From contig OY781066.1 in assembly GCA_963676395.1 (NCBI GenBank), positions 1,088,001 through 1,152,000 on the forward strand: DNA of 64,000 bases, in the 5' to 3' direction. This document shows positions 20,368 to 30,224 of this stretch, piece after piece (position 1 is the stretch's first letter; the number at the start of each line of letters is the position of its first letter). The notes under the pieces are model-generated. The model worked only from the letters and a program-made list of their open reading frames with translations. It made no database searches and had not been told where the DNA came from. The position numbers and the translations under genes are program-made. This stretch comes from a bacterium (GTDB lineage Bacteria; Fidelibacterota; Fidelibacteria; Fidelibacterales; Fidelibacteraceae).

Positions 20368-20610
20368 TAAATATAAGTACATCTGCTCCATTTTTTTGCA
20401 GACATCGAGAAACAGCTTAATCAAGATTAATCGATTAGTATTAAAACTTAATGCTTTTTATAAGTAATGGCAGTAAATGTGGTAAATATAAAGGTTTTTA
20501 GCCCGTCTAAAACATTATTAAATATCTTTTTTGTCCCGTTGGGGCTGTTATATTTTTGGGAACGATATACTCCCGGGTTTCGAAATGTTTGACCGCAATG
20601 CGACCCTTTA

Positions 20611-22023
20611 TTATCTTCTAAGGCGATCCGTCAATCGTTCCTCCGCCATTGCGATCAGGTCTGCTGAAGTTTTTTGATGTCGCTTGATTAGATCTTTTTC
20701 ATCCAGCTCGCGGATCTCACCATTCACTACCACATGCTCACCGTTGATGATCACATGGTCGACCGGACTCATGGCAAAGTTAAAGACAATGGCGGCGGCG
20801 GGATCATGCAGTGCGCCGGAGTACTCCAGCTTATCCATGTCGATCAAATTAATGTCGGCACATTTACCGGCTTTGATCTGCCCGATGTCATCTCGTCCCA
20901 ATGCTTTGGCGCCTCCCACCGTTGCCATCCACAGGACTTCTTCGGTGTTAAGCCAATATTTGGGCTCACGGAGTCGGGAAAGCAACATGGCGTTACGGAC
21001 TTCCAACAGCATATTCGAAGAATCGTTCGATGCGGAGCCGTCAACAGCGATGCTCACATTTGCACCGGCTTCGAGCAGTTCTTTTACCCTGCAAATGCCT
21101 GAACCAAGTCGCATGTTCGAAGAGGGACAATGTGAGGTACCGATCTTCATCTTACCGGCTTCGGCGATCTCTTCATCATTTAAAAAGATGGAATGTGCAA
21201 ACCAGGCATAGGGCTTAACCCAGCCCAGAGTTTTCATATAAGCGAATGGTCGTTCGCCACTGCGCTCTATGCAAAATTCTTCTTCATCTTTGGTTTCAGC
21301 AAGATGTGTATGGATCTGCAGGCCGTGTTTCTCGGCAACCTCCACCGTCTTACGCATGGAGTCTTCGGTTACCGAAAAAGGTGAACAGGGCGCTAATGAA
21401 ATTCGCAACATAGAACCAAAAGTATCATCATGATATCTTTCCACCAGTCGTTCGATATCTTCAAAGATCGTTGCTTCACTTTGGATCACATCATCGGGTG
21501 GCAGCCCGCCGTCTTTCTTGCTTAAGGACATTGAGCCCCGCGTGGGTTGAAAACGCATACCCAATTCTTGCGCTGCCTGAATTTCGGAATCGATCAACGT
21601 TCCTTCAGCTTTTTTGGGAAACAGATACAAATGATCGGAGCTGGTAGTACAACCCGATTTCATTAATTCGGCCATAGCCGCTTTGGCGGAAATGTAAAAG
21701 GCTTCTTTGCTGATACCGCGCCAGATCTCATAGTTAGTGATCAACCACTCAAAAAGCTCTGCCTTTTGAGTGGAGTATATATTCCTCGTAAGAGTTTGAA
21801 AAAAGTGATGATGCGTATTCACAAAACCCGGTAGCACCAACATGCGCGAGGCATCGATCACTTTATCGGCTCTCCCGGTAAATTCCTCCGGTCCGGCCGA
21901 AACGATGAGATTATTCTCCATATAGATATGCCCTCCACTAAAGGTATCAAGCACATCATTTGTATTAACATCTTCTTTCATGCGACAGCACAAAAGCGGG
22001 TTTTTAATTAAGATCGAACTCAT
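20611..22023 (-). CDS. 8-oxoguanine deaminase-like amidohydrolase
   Basis: NTHHHFFQTLTR, RGSMSL...GGLPPD, APCSPFSV, HTHLAET, HCPSSNMRLGSG, VDGSASND. Confidence 0.85.
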   Translation of the reverse strand: MSSILIKNPLLCCRMKEDVNTNDVLDTFSGGHIYMENNLIVSAGPEEFTGRADKVIDASRMLVLPGFVNTHHHFFQTLTRNIYSTQKAELFEWLITNYEIWRGISKEAFYISAKAAMAELMKSGCTTSSDHLYLFPKKAEGTLIDSEIQAAQELGMRFQPTRGSMSLSKKDGGLPPDDVIQSEATIFEDIERLVERYHDDTFGSMLRISLAPCSPFSVTEDSMRKTVEVAEKHGLQIHTHLAETKDEEEFCIERSGERPFAYMKTLGWVKPYAWFAHSIFLNDEEIAEAGKMKIGTSHCPSSNMRLGSGICRVKELLEAGANVSIAVDGSASNDSSNMLLEVRNAMLLSRLREPKYWLNTEEVLWMATVGGAKALGRDDIGQIKAGKCADINLIDMDKLEYSGALHDPAAAIVFNFAMSPVDHVIINGEHVVVNGEIRELDEKDLIKRHQKTSADLIAMAEERLTDRLRR

Positions 22024-22036
22024 ATGTCTGCTCTGT

Positions 22037-23497
22037 TTATTTTAATACTTCTTCGTTAAATGCTGTGATCAATTCGTCAATTTCAGGGACCAATCTATGT
22101 ACAGACTCCCAATATTCTTCGTGATCATACCATTGGGCATTCAGCTCTTTCAAATCCTTACCTTGCTGTTCGATCCAAGTATAGTATTTTAAATTGTGGA
22201 TACGTTTCTTGGCATAATAATCCAGTTCCAACATGTTATCAATGGCAATATTGTTAACCATTTCATAATCCTGAACCGCATTATCATGTACATATGCCCC
22301 GCGTTCTTCTTGAAGCTCTTTGAGACGAGATCCATAAAGCTCGATGGAATCTGTACAAATGGTCGTGACAATATCGTTTTCATTCAGTTCGTAATATTTG
22401 GCAAACTTGATGGCACCCACCAGGTTCCCAATAGAGGAAATACCCAACAATTCCAACTGATCGATCAACTCTTGTTTTACACCTTGCTTACGCAGATACT
22501 CATGACCTTCTTCTTCGTTAAATAAACGCAGCATTCTAATAGTCGCTTCATCATCAACCGCTATAGCCAAATCGGTTTCGCGCACATTGTGGATCCACGG
22601 AATGTGTTTGTCGCCGATGCCTTCGATGCGGTGACCACCGAATCCGTTGTTCAACAAGGTTGGGCATTGCAAGGCTTCCGCAGCGGCAACTTTGAGGTTT
22701 TTAAATTTCTTTTTCAAGAAGTCTCCACAGCCCAGCGTTCCGGCAGAGCCTGAGCTCAGCACGATCCCGGCAAATCTGTCTTTATCACCTTTGACTTTGT
22801 TCATCATTTCAAGAACAGCGTTTCCCGTGACTTCATAATGCCAGAGGTGATTTCCCAATTCATCAAATTGGTTAAAGATCATTATATCATCGCCTCGTGT
22901 TTTTGTCAACTCCCAGCATTTATCAAATATCTCTTTTACATTGCTCTCACATCCGGGTGTTGGAATAACTTCGCCGGCTATCTTTGATAACCATTCAAAA
23001 CGTTCTTGAGACATCTCTTCCGGTAAAATAGCAATAGAATCACAACCCAGTAATGCCGAGTTATAAGCGCCACCACGACAGTAATTGCCCGTGGATGGCC
23101 ATACGGCTTTTTGCGTTGTAGGATCGTACTGACCGGTTACCAGACGGGGTGCGATACAACCGTACGTTGCGCCGACTTTATGAGCACCGGTCGGAAACCA
23201 TTTGCCAACCAAGGCAAAGATCTTTGCTTTTACGCCGGTCAGTTCCGATGGTAATTCAATGTAATTCGGTTCACCGAAACCGCCGCCGCTATGGACGGGT
23301 TCGTTCTTCCACGTAATCCGGAAAAGGTTTCTGGGATGAACATCCCAAAGTCCAATTGACTTTAATTCTTCTTTATATTTATCTGGAATTAAATTCGGGT
23401 CTTTCATCTGCGCGTAGGTTGGATAAATAATGTTCATCTCTTTCGCTCGCTGCGCGTTGATCTTGATCTGTTTTGGGTTAAGGGTTAAATCGATCAT
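22037..23497 (-). CDS. PLP-dependent fold-type II enzyme (cysteine synthase/TrpB-like beta family, long form)
   Basis: PTGAHKVG (PLP lysine), STGNY, SSGSAGT, HRIEGIG, GISS. Confidence 0.8.
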   Translation of the reverse strand: MIDLTLNPKQIKINAQRAKEMNIIYPTYAQMKDPNLIPDKYKEELKSIGLWDVHPRNLFRITWKNEPVHSGGGFGEPNYIELPSELTGVKAKIFALVGKWFPTGAHKVGATYGCIAPRLVTGQYDPTTQKAVWPSTGNYCRGGAYNSALLGCDSIAILPEEMSQERFEWLSKIAGEVIPTPGCESNVKEIFDKCWELTKTRGDDIMIFNQFDELGNHLWHYEVTGNAVLEMMNKVKGDKDRFAGIVLSSGSAGTLGCGDFLKKKFKNLKVAAAEALQCPTLLNNGFGGHRIEGIGDKHIPWIHNVRETDLAIAVDDEATIRMLRLFNEEEGHEYLRKQGVKQELIDQLELLGISSIGNLVGAIKFAKYYELNENDIVTTICTDSIELYGSRLKELQEERGAYVHDNAVQDYEMVNNIAIDNMLELDYYAKKRIHNLKYYTWIEQQGKDLKELNAQWYDHEEYWESVHRLVPEIDELITAFNEEVLK

Positions 23498-23508
23498 GTT
23501 TGCCTCAT

Positions 23509-23982
23509 CTATTTAAGCGTTATTAATTTTGTTTGTCCTCTGAGTTCAAATTCATCGTGAAATTCATCGATCAAAGTAGGTCTCAGGGTCAGAAAAAGAT
23601 CACTGTCTTTTTCTATCAATTCTTTAACTTCTTTATAAAATCCTTTTTTTTGCCATAGTTCTATGGGACCGATCTCGTCAATATACACCGGGCCGTTTTT
23701 TATATCTTTCACTATTCTCTTAGCAAAAAGCATTCCCTGTCCGGAAAATGAAAACCGGCCTATCTCACAGCATTCGTCCCAATCCTCGGAGATAGCGCTC
23801 TTTAATCTTATAAAAGAACGTCTTTTGCCACTCTTCAAGTGATAAAGATCATATCCAATGCATCGCTCATTTTCAAAATGCTTCAGAGATAAAAACCCGT
23901 CACCTTTCGCTTCTTGTTCAAAATGCTTTTTCAAATAACTTGTTTTTCCGGAATCAATATCTCCGCAGATAATCGTGATCAT
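23509..23982 (-). CDS. Small P-loop NTPase (NTPase_1/DUF2478-like)
   Basis: GDIDSGKT, IDEIGPIE. Confidence 0.75.
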   Translation of the reverse strand: MITIICGDIDSGKTSYLKKHFEQEAKGDGFLSLKHFENERCIGYDLYHLKSGKRRSFIRLKSAISEDWDECCEIGRFSFSGQGMLFAKRIVKDIKNGPVYIDEIGPIELWQKKGFYKEVKELIEKDSDLFLTLRPTLIDEFHDEFELRGQTKLITLK

Positions 23983-23983
23983 A

Positions 23984-24778
23984 TTAATCCCGCAAATGTT
24001 TCACTTTTTTATTATTTGCCACTGCCTGCATCTCGGAAATAATTGATATGGCAATTTCATGTGGTAAAGTTCCGCCTATACTCAATCCTGCCGGTGTATA
24101 TAAGGTATCAATATTTGCTTCCGGAAATGCCTGAAGTAATTCGTCTGTCATGCGTTTCTTTTTCGTACGCGAAGAAACCAAACCCACATATTTCGGTTTC
24201 CAATCAGAGCCATATATTTTGTGCAATACAACACCATCGTATTTATGTTGGTAGGTTGCAATCACGTAAAAAGCATCCTTTTCCACTATACGATCACTCA
24301 AGGCATCAACAAATGGAGCGTGGATCTTTTCGTCGACATCAGGTATCTGGGCCAACACATCTTCACGATCATCGATTAAACAAATATGATAATTCAACTG
24401 CTTTAAATGATAGCTCAATGCCTTACCGATATGTCCTGCACCAAAGATGTAAACAAATTTTTTGGGGGCAAAATACTCAAAGAACAAGGTTGCCGTTCCT
24501 CCGCATATCATGCCGGTATCGGTGCCTTTTCCAGGCTCATTCATATTATAGGTTTCCGTGCAGTTCTTCTTGATTTCAAACAGACCCATTGCTTTTTCAA
24601 TGGCCATCTTCTCAATGCTTCCGCCGCCGACCGTACCGGAAATCTTACCGTCCGGATACACGATCATTTTGGTTCCGGTCGCCGCGGGTCCTGAACCTTC
24701 CTTGGCTATTACCGTGACGAGAACACCGCATATGCTGCCTTCAGCCAGATCTAATAATTCCATGTATAAACTTTTCAC
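23984..24778 (-). CDS. XdhC/CoxI family molybdenum-hydroxylase accessory protein
   Basis: GTVGGGSIE, GMICGG, FGAGHIG, GLSIG..PHEIAISI. Confidence 0.9.
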   Translation of the reverse strand: MKSLYMELLDLAEGSICGVLVTVIAKEGSGPAATGTKMIVYPDGKISGTVGGGSIEKMAIEKAMGLFEIKKNCTETYNMNEPGKGTDTGMICGGTATLFFEYFAPKKFVYIFGAGHIGKALSYHLKQLNYHICLIDDREDVLAQIPDVDEKIHAPFVDALSDRIVEKDAFYVIATYQHKYDGVVLHKIYGSDWKPKYVGLVSSRTKKKRMTDELLQAFPEANIDTLYTPAGLSIGGTLPHEIAISIISEMQAVANNKKVKHLRD

Positions 24779-25500
24779 TCGTAATCCTCTTTAAATAAAC
24801 TGATCATTTCTATGCCTTTTAAATGGCGAGTCGGCGTTGCCTGAAGTACATATTTCTTAGCGATTTCATAATCTGTTATCAATGTGCCCGAAACCATATC
24901 CATACCATATTCGAATAGTATTGGAGAGAGCGGTGTGGTGGGCCCCAGTATAACATTGTAACTTCTCTCAGGAAGATTTTCCAGTATGCCATCAAAGGTA
25001 TGATTTGTAATGGATGTGGCTGTTAATGCGGCAACATCTACCTTAGGCAAGAATTTGGGGATATCCGATTCTGTATGATCGCCCGGATGAGGCTGTTTCT
25101 CAAAAATATAACATTTCCTGTAGTGAGCTTTTTGATCATCCAAAAAAGGGAAATGCCCAATAATACCAAGCACCTTATTCTTACCTTTTTCGCTGATGAC
25201 TTTCTTTGCATTTACCACACGATATTTGCCGATGGTCTTCGAGAGTCCACAATTGATCGCCGCCATACCGATGGAAGCTTCCAGTAAATTATCTGAGAGT
25301 GCGTACCTTGCCAATTCTTTTAAATTCAAATCCTCGAGATTTCCGGCTTTTGTCACATTCACGCCATGACCGCAATATTTAATAGTCGAGGCAATCCCGC
25401 ACATTTCCTGTGTTTTAACCAATACAGAATGAACGCCAATGATCACTTCTTGGACGTCAAGCTCCTCAATGTCTGAAATTAATCGTTCGAGTAGTTTCAT
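24775..25500 (-). CDS. DUF364/DUF4213 Rossmann-like protein
   Basis: EASIGMAAIN, IGHFPF, TATSITNHT, LGPTTPL. Confidence 0.8.
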   Translation of the reverse strand: MKLLERLISDIEELDVQEVIIGVHSVLVKTQEMCGIASTIKYCGHGVNVTKAGNLEDLNLKELARYALSDNLLEASIGMAAINCGLSKTIGKYRVVNAKKVISEKGKNKVLGIIGHFPFLDDQKAHYRKCYIFEKQPHPGDHTESDIPKFLPKVDVAALTATSITNHTFDGILENLPERSYNVILGPTTPLSPILFEYGMDMVSGTLITDYEIAKKYVLQATPTRHLKGIEMISLFKEDYE

Positions 25501-26121
25501 TTAAAAGATCAATGAATTGGTAACTTCGAGACTCAAGGCCAATACCAGCGATAAAACCGGCAAAGCAAAAGACATGGTTTCAGAATTTCTTTTCCATTCA
25601 AGCGCTTCTTCATTCTTGAGATAAAGAGCAACGAGTCCGGCACTTACAATGGCATTCGTTGCGATAAACATTATAGACTGAGCCAAAGGAAGATTATTCA
25701 AACCCATCTCAGGCTTGAACACCAATGTTTGCAGAAGGGTAAAAGCCACAATCCAGCCTAAACCGACAAGAAATGACGATAAAACGATCTTGCGCCCTTT
25801 GTATGCATAAACAAAAGCAAACACAACCAACCCTTCTAAAAGGATGGAGATCGCGGGATTGACCACAGACATAGGTGAACGCGTTGGCAAAGCCAGATCG
25901 ATCAACTTAATCGATGCGGCTATCATAGATACCCACAAAACTGCCTGTGTTTTGTTGCTTTTCTTGTAAGCGTTATACATAAAATACATGCCAATGGGAA
26001 ACATGAACATACCGGACATACCATGAGGTAAAAGGTGTAAAACATAACCAAGTGTTGCTTCGGCAACCCCCCAAAGTGCTCCCATAAACAAGATCATTAA
26101 AATTGCTGATTTGTTTTTCAT
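25501..26121 (-). CDS. Hypothetical integral membrane protein (5-6 TM, ECF S-component-like size)
   Basis: Hydrophobic helices, GALWGVAEATLG; GGAG RBS. Confidence 0.65.
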   Translation of the reverse strand: MKNKSAILMILFMGALWGVAEATLGYVLHLLPHGMSGMFMFPIGMYFMYNAYKKSNKTQAVLWVSMIAASIKLIDLALPTRSPMSVVNPAISILLEGLVVFAFVYAYKGRKIVLSSFLVGLGWIVAFTLLQTLVFKPEMGLNNLPLAQSIMFIATNAIVSAGLVALYLKNEEALEWKRNSETMSFALPVLSLVLALSLEVTNSLIF

Positions 26122-26139
26122 TGTATTCTCTCCATTTTA

Positions 26140-26985
26140 CTATTGGTTTAAACTTTCTATAAAATCTTTGATCATGCGCAAACTGACCACATTGCGATAT
26201 TTCGCGGTTGAACGAGCGTCATCAATGGGCTTGATCAACATATCATAATCAGCCAAGATCCTTGATACATCTTCATTCAATTCCTTAACTGTTCTGTTTT
26301 TTAATTTATTATCTATGTCTGTAGAATGCACGATCTTCGCGGAAACCGACCCCAGGGCAATGCGAATATCAACAACTTTTCCATCCTGTACATCGGCAAG
26401 ACCCAGCATAGACGCTTTAGTTAAACTCATGCCTTTACGCTGTCCCAGCTTTCGATAATAATTATATTCATACACTTTATTCGGAATGATAATATCCGTG
26501 ACAAGTTCATCCGCTTTTAAGCAAGTCTTTTTCAAACCGACAATAAACTCATCCATACTAACGGTTCTTGAACTCTTAGCATTCTGCAGAACGATCTTAG
26601 CATCGACCGCATAAAGGTAAGGCAGTGTATCTCCGGCAGGTGAGGCATTACAAACATTTCCTGCAAGGGTTGCCATATTGCGAGTTGGTGGTGACGCCAT
26701 TTTTTGGATCATGTCTCTGAAAACCTTGGGAACGATCTCGTTTTCGACGATATCAGTCAAAACAGCACAAGCACCCATATGGATCTGATCACCTTCAACA
26801 TAGATCTTTTTTAATTCTTCAAGATGATCAATGAACAAGAGCGGTTTGTCAAACTTCGGCGCCAAGGCGAATCCCCGGGCACGCTGGACCATAAGATCCG
26901 TACCACCGGCCATGACCGTACACTCTTGCTTGGCTAAAATATTCAGTGCTTCATGTAAATTATCAGGACGAATGCCATCTACCAT
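26140..26985 (-). CDS. Xanthine dehydrogenase family FAD-binding subunit
   Basis: AGGTDLM, RNMATLAGNVCNASPAGD, PIDDARSTAKYR; true start probably at MVDG, overlapping the upstream stop. Confidence 0.9.
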   Translation of the reverse strand: MVDGIRPDNLHEALNILAKQECTVMAGGTDLMVQRARGFALAPKFDKPLLFIDHLEELKKIYVEGDQIHMGACAVLTDIVENEIVPKVFRDMIQKMASPPTRNMATLAGNVCNASPAGDTLPYLYAVDAKIVLQNAKSSRTVSMDEFIVGLKKTCLKADELVTDIIIPNKVYEYNYYRKLGQRKGMSLTKASMLGLADVQDGKVVDIRIALGSVSAKIVHSTDIDNKLKNRTVKELNEDVSRILADYDMLIKPIDDARSTAKYRNVVSLRMIKDFIESLNQ

Positions 26986-27452
26986 AAGCCTTCTCCTATT
27001 TCCATTGCCATGCGAACACCTTTGATGATCATATTGTATCCCGTACAACGACACAAATTGCCGGAGAGACCTTCCTTGATCTCCTCGTCTGTGGGGTTCG
27101 GATTTGCGTTTAACAGCGATTCGGTGGAAATCACAAAACCCGGCGTACAAAAACCACACTGAACCGAACCTGCTTTCAAGTAACCTTTTTCAATAGCTTT
27201 GTAGCGCTCAGTGTGTTTAAAACCTTCGAGTGTGACAACAGATTTCCCGATAACTGCGCCTGCCGGCAACATACAAGAATTCACGGAGCGTCCGTTAACC
27301 AACACAACACAAGCCCCACACTCACCTTCGCCGCAACCTTCTTTAACACTTTTCATACCAAGGTCATCACGCAGTAAATCCAGCAATCGCCGACCTGCAT
27401 CCACATCTATTTTTATCGCTTTATCATTTAATGTAAATTCAACACGCATCAT
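26979..27452 (-). CDS. Xanthine dehydrogenase family (2Fe-2S) subunit
   Basis: GCGEGECGAC, QCGFCTPG, GNLCRCTGY. Confidence 0.95.
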   Translation of the reverse strand: MMRVEFTLNDKAIKIDVDAGRRLLDLLRDDLGMKSVKEGCGEGECGACVVLVNGRSVNSCMLPAGAVIGKSVVTLEGFKHTERYKAIEKGYLKAGSVQCGFCTPGFVISTESLLNANPNPTDEEIKEGLSGNLCRCTGYNMIIKGVRMAMEIGEGLW

Positions 27453-29532
27453 TTTTCTCCAATAATGTCTCGGGCTTAATAGGTAAATGATTGATCGGTT
27501 TGCCTATAGCATTTGCAACCGCTTCGGCTACGGCAGGAGGAGACCCGACAAAAGATAATTCGCCGGCACATTTAGCACCAAAAGGACCGAATTCATAGGG
27601 ATTTAATACAAAATCACACTCTATCTCTGCGGCGTCCATTGAGGTCGGAATTTTATAATCGGTCAAATTTCCATGAACCAATTTCCCTTCCCGCGACTCC
27701 ATCACTTCGATACTCGCCCATCCGACTCCCTGTGCAATACCACCTTCCATCTGGCCAATAAGCGCGCGCTCATCAATAGGCACACCCACATCATAGACGG
27801 CATAGATTTTTTTGATCGTTAATTCATAGGTGACCGGGTCGATGTCAACTTCCGCCACATTAGCACCCCAGGAATGAACGGGATAACAATCCCCTTTAAA
27901 ATGTTCATCATCCCAAGATAAATATTTTGGGTGCTCATAGCGTTTGCTTAATTCAAAACTATCCTCATCCCAGCGTTTTTTCATTTCAAGTGCGGTATCC
28001 CGAAGTAAGCCACCTACGATCATCGTTGTACGCGATGCCACCGTGGGGCCCGAATCGGGGATCAATCCGGTATCGACTTTTTCGTAGATCACGTTTTCAA
28101 TAGGGATCTCAATGGTTTCGGCCACGATCTTTCGCAAAGCAGTCTCGGCACCTTGTCCCATCTCAACGCTGGAAACTTTTAGAGTAACGCTATCACCCTT
28201 CTTGACTAAAATAATTTTACCATTGATCATGGTCTCGCCTTTGCCCGTAAAACCACAGCCATGCAAAAAAAGCGAAATACCAATACCCTGATATTTTTTA
28301 TTATTCTTGAGCTTGGTATAGTAATCGGAATTCTTGACGATCTTTTCAACGATCTCGGGCAACACAACTTTCTCACGAACCTGTCCACCGGTACAGGTAG
28401 GATCGCCTTGTTTTAGGATGTGCTGCATTTTGTATTCAAGCGGATCGAGTCCAAGCTTGATCGCGATATTATGAAAAAGCATTTCTAAAGCGAATAATGA
28501 TTGCGGCGCACCGAAACCGCGATAGGCTCCGGAAGGCAGAGAATTGGTCATATAATTTCGACCGCGCACATTCAAATGCTTGATATTGTACACATTGGTT
28601 GCAGAAAAAATAGCACGCTGAAGCACCACGGGAGATAAACCATTGTAAGCACCGGCATTCAACATGATATCAATATCCAAAGCAACAATATGATTATTTT
28701 TATCAAGCGCCGCTTTAATATGGGTCTTTGAAGGATGTCGCTTGGTGGAACACATCACATCTTCATCACGATCATAGATCATCATCACCGGCAATCCGAT
28801 TTTCTTTGTAGCAACAGCAACGTGGCAACCGTTCAACGAAGGGAACTCTTCCTTGCCGCCAAAGGCTCCACCGGTAACCGACTGCACAACCCGGATCTTA
28901 TCCTCGGGTAAATCCATGGCTTCGAGCAAAGCACCTTTAACATAAAAAGGACATTGCATAGAACCGTAGACAAAAAGCGTATCGTCTTTCATTTCGGCGG
29001 CGATACCATTTGGTTCCAAATAAACATGTTCCTGGTATCCTGTACTAAATGTATCTTCAAAAATTTGGTCGGCATTTTCAAATGCCTTTTCAGGATCTTC
29101 TTTTTTATAGTTGTAATCTGTAAAAACGGTAGATTTTTCAATGGCATCTTCCAGAGTAAAGAGGGCCTCCTCTTCCTCATACGTGATCTTGATCTTTGAA
29201 GCAATGGAATAAATAATTTCACGATCGGGACCAACGACCAGCAAAATGGGCTGTCCTATATACTGTACATCATCCTCCGCAAAAAGCGGATGATCGGACA
29301 CCACGGTTCTCATTCTGTTTGCACCCGGCACATCGTTCTTATCTACTATGAAGTAGCCATCCGGGATCTCGGGAATTTCTATAGATAAGATCTTTGCCTT
29401 CGGCTTTTCACTACGAATAGTCTTTGCATAAAGCAAATTATCGAACGACCAATCGGAAATATACTCGGCTTCACCCCGAAGTTTTTTTCTGGAATCTACT
29501 CGTAAAATTGATTTGCTGATTTTTTGCTTCAT
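27439..29532 (-). CDS. Xanthine dehydrogenase family molybdopterin-binding subunit
   Basis: GGAFGGKE, AYRGFGAPQ, EMGQG, TVASR, GAKCAGE. Confidence 0.93.
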   Translation of the reverse strand: MKQKISKSILRVDSRKKLRGEAEYISDWSFDNLLYAKTIRSEKPKAKILSIEIPEIPDGYFIVDKNDVPGANRMRTVVSDHPLFAEDDVQYIGQPILLVVGPDREIIYSIASKIKITYEEEEALFTLEDAIEKSTVFTDYNYKKEDPEKAFENADQIFEDTFSTGYQEHVYLEPNGIAAEMKDDTLFVYGSMQCPFYVKGALLEAMDLPEDKIRVVQSVTGGAFGGKEEFPSLNGCHVAVATKKIGLPVMMIYDRDEDVMCSTKRHPSKTHIKAALDKNNHIVALDIDIMLNAGAYNGLSPVVLQRAIFSATNVYNIKHLNVRGRNYMTNSLPSGAYRGFGAPQSLFALEMLFHNIAIKLGLDPLEYKMQHILKQGDPTCTGGQVREKVVLPEIVEKIVKNSDYYTKLKNNKKYQGIGISLFLHGCGFTGKGETMINGKIILVKKGDSVTLKVSSVEMGQGAETALRKIVAETIEIPIENVIYEKVDTGLIPDSGPTVASRTTMIVGGLLRDTALEMKKRWDEDSFELSKRYEHPKYLSWDDEHFKGDCYPVHSWGANVAEVDIDPVTYELTIKKIYAVYDVGVPIDERALIGQMEGGIAQGVGWASIEVMESREGKLVHGNLTDYKIPTSMDAAEIECDFVLNPYEFGPFGAKCAGELSFVGSPPAVAEAVANAIGKPINHLPIKPETLLEKNDAC

Positions 29533-29568
29533 ATTTAACTCTTAACTGTGTGTAAGAAAATATCCAAA

Positions 29569-29605
29569 TTGTCATCTCTCCACTGCGCTCCGGTCGAGAT
29601 GACAA
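29569..29605. repeat. Collapsed REP/MITE-like hairpin (family A) inside the operon
   Basis: TTGTCATCTC-tccactgcgctccggtc-GAGATGACAA. Confidence 0.65.
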
Positions 29606-29630
29606 AAAACATTTTTTCAAAATTTAACCT

Positions 29631-30224
29631 TTATTTACCACCCTCAAGAAACACATCCCTGTAATAACATTTTATCATCTCATAATCTTCGGCAGTATCC
29701 ACATCCAGTCCGATACCGGCATCATCCACATCCACGATCGCTACATCCTTTTTACTATGAATATAATTTCGTAAAATTTCTGTGTCCTCCCAAGATAATA
29801 TTTCCTTAGCGAGTTTTGAGTTAAATAACGCCGGATGTCCTTTCTTGCCTTTGTACCTTGGAATAACAATATCAGCATCTTTGTTCAATAATATCTTAAA
29901 GGTTTCTTTTTTTACCACCGGTTGATCTCCGGGAATAATAAGAAAGCGATCTGATGTCACCTCTTTAATACCTCGCCTCACGGAGGAAAACATGCCCAGG
30001 TCGAAGTTCTCGTTCTTTACAACATCTACTTTTGGTAGATCTTGTGTCAAATCACGGATAACATCGATCTGATACCCACCCACAACGATAATATTTTCGC
30101 AAAGATCACTCATACTTTCGATACAGCGTTGCAAAATACTCTTGCCATAAAGATCAAGGGCGGGTTTAAAATCACCCACGCGTGAAGAATATCCGGCGGC
30201 TAATATAATGGCATCGATTGTCAT
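29631..30224 (-). CDS. mocA: Molybdenum cofactor cytidylyltransferase MocA-like nucleotidyltransferase
   Basis: ILAAGYSSR, GMFSS, GDQP, GHP, DVDT; located in a Mo-hydroxylase operon. Confidence 0.75.
   Translation of the reverse strand: MTIDAIILAAGYSSRVGDFKPALDLYGKSILQRCIESMSDLCENIIVVGGYQIDVIRDLTQDLPKVDVVKNENFDLGMFSSVRRGIKEVTSDRFLIIPGDQPVVKKETFKILLNKDADIVIPRYKGKKGHPALFNSKLAKEILSWEDTEILRNYIHSKKDVAIVDVDDAGIGLDVDTAEDYEMIKCYYRDVFLEGGK

Larger units (their letters stand above)
15841..20500 (+). mobile_element. Integron-like gene cassette array 1 (CALIN-like, no integrase in window)
   Basis: Co-oriented AT-rich ORFs separated by two 131-nt attC-like sites; cassette ends are complementary. Confidence 0.75.

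Noticed and set aside
26985..27159. Long N-terminal extensions given by the ORF track (26140..27159, 42470..43408, 10857..12218, 19870..20367)
   Set aside because: They overlap upstream genes or intergenic repeats and lack family similarity; downstream starts fit better.
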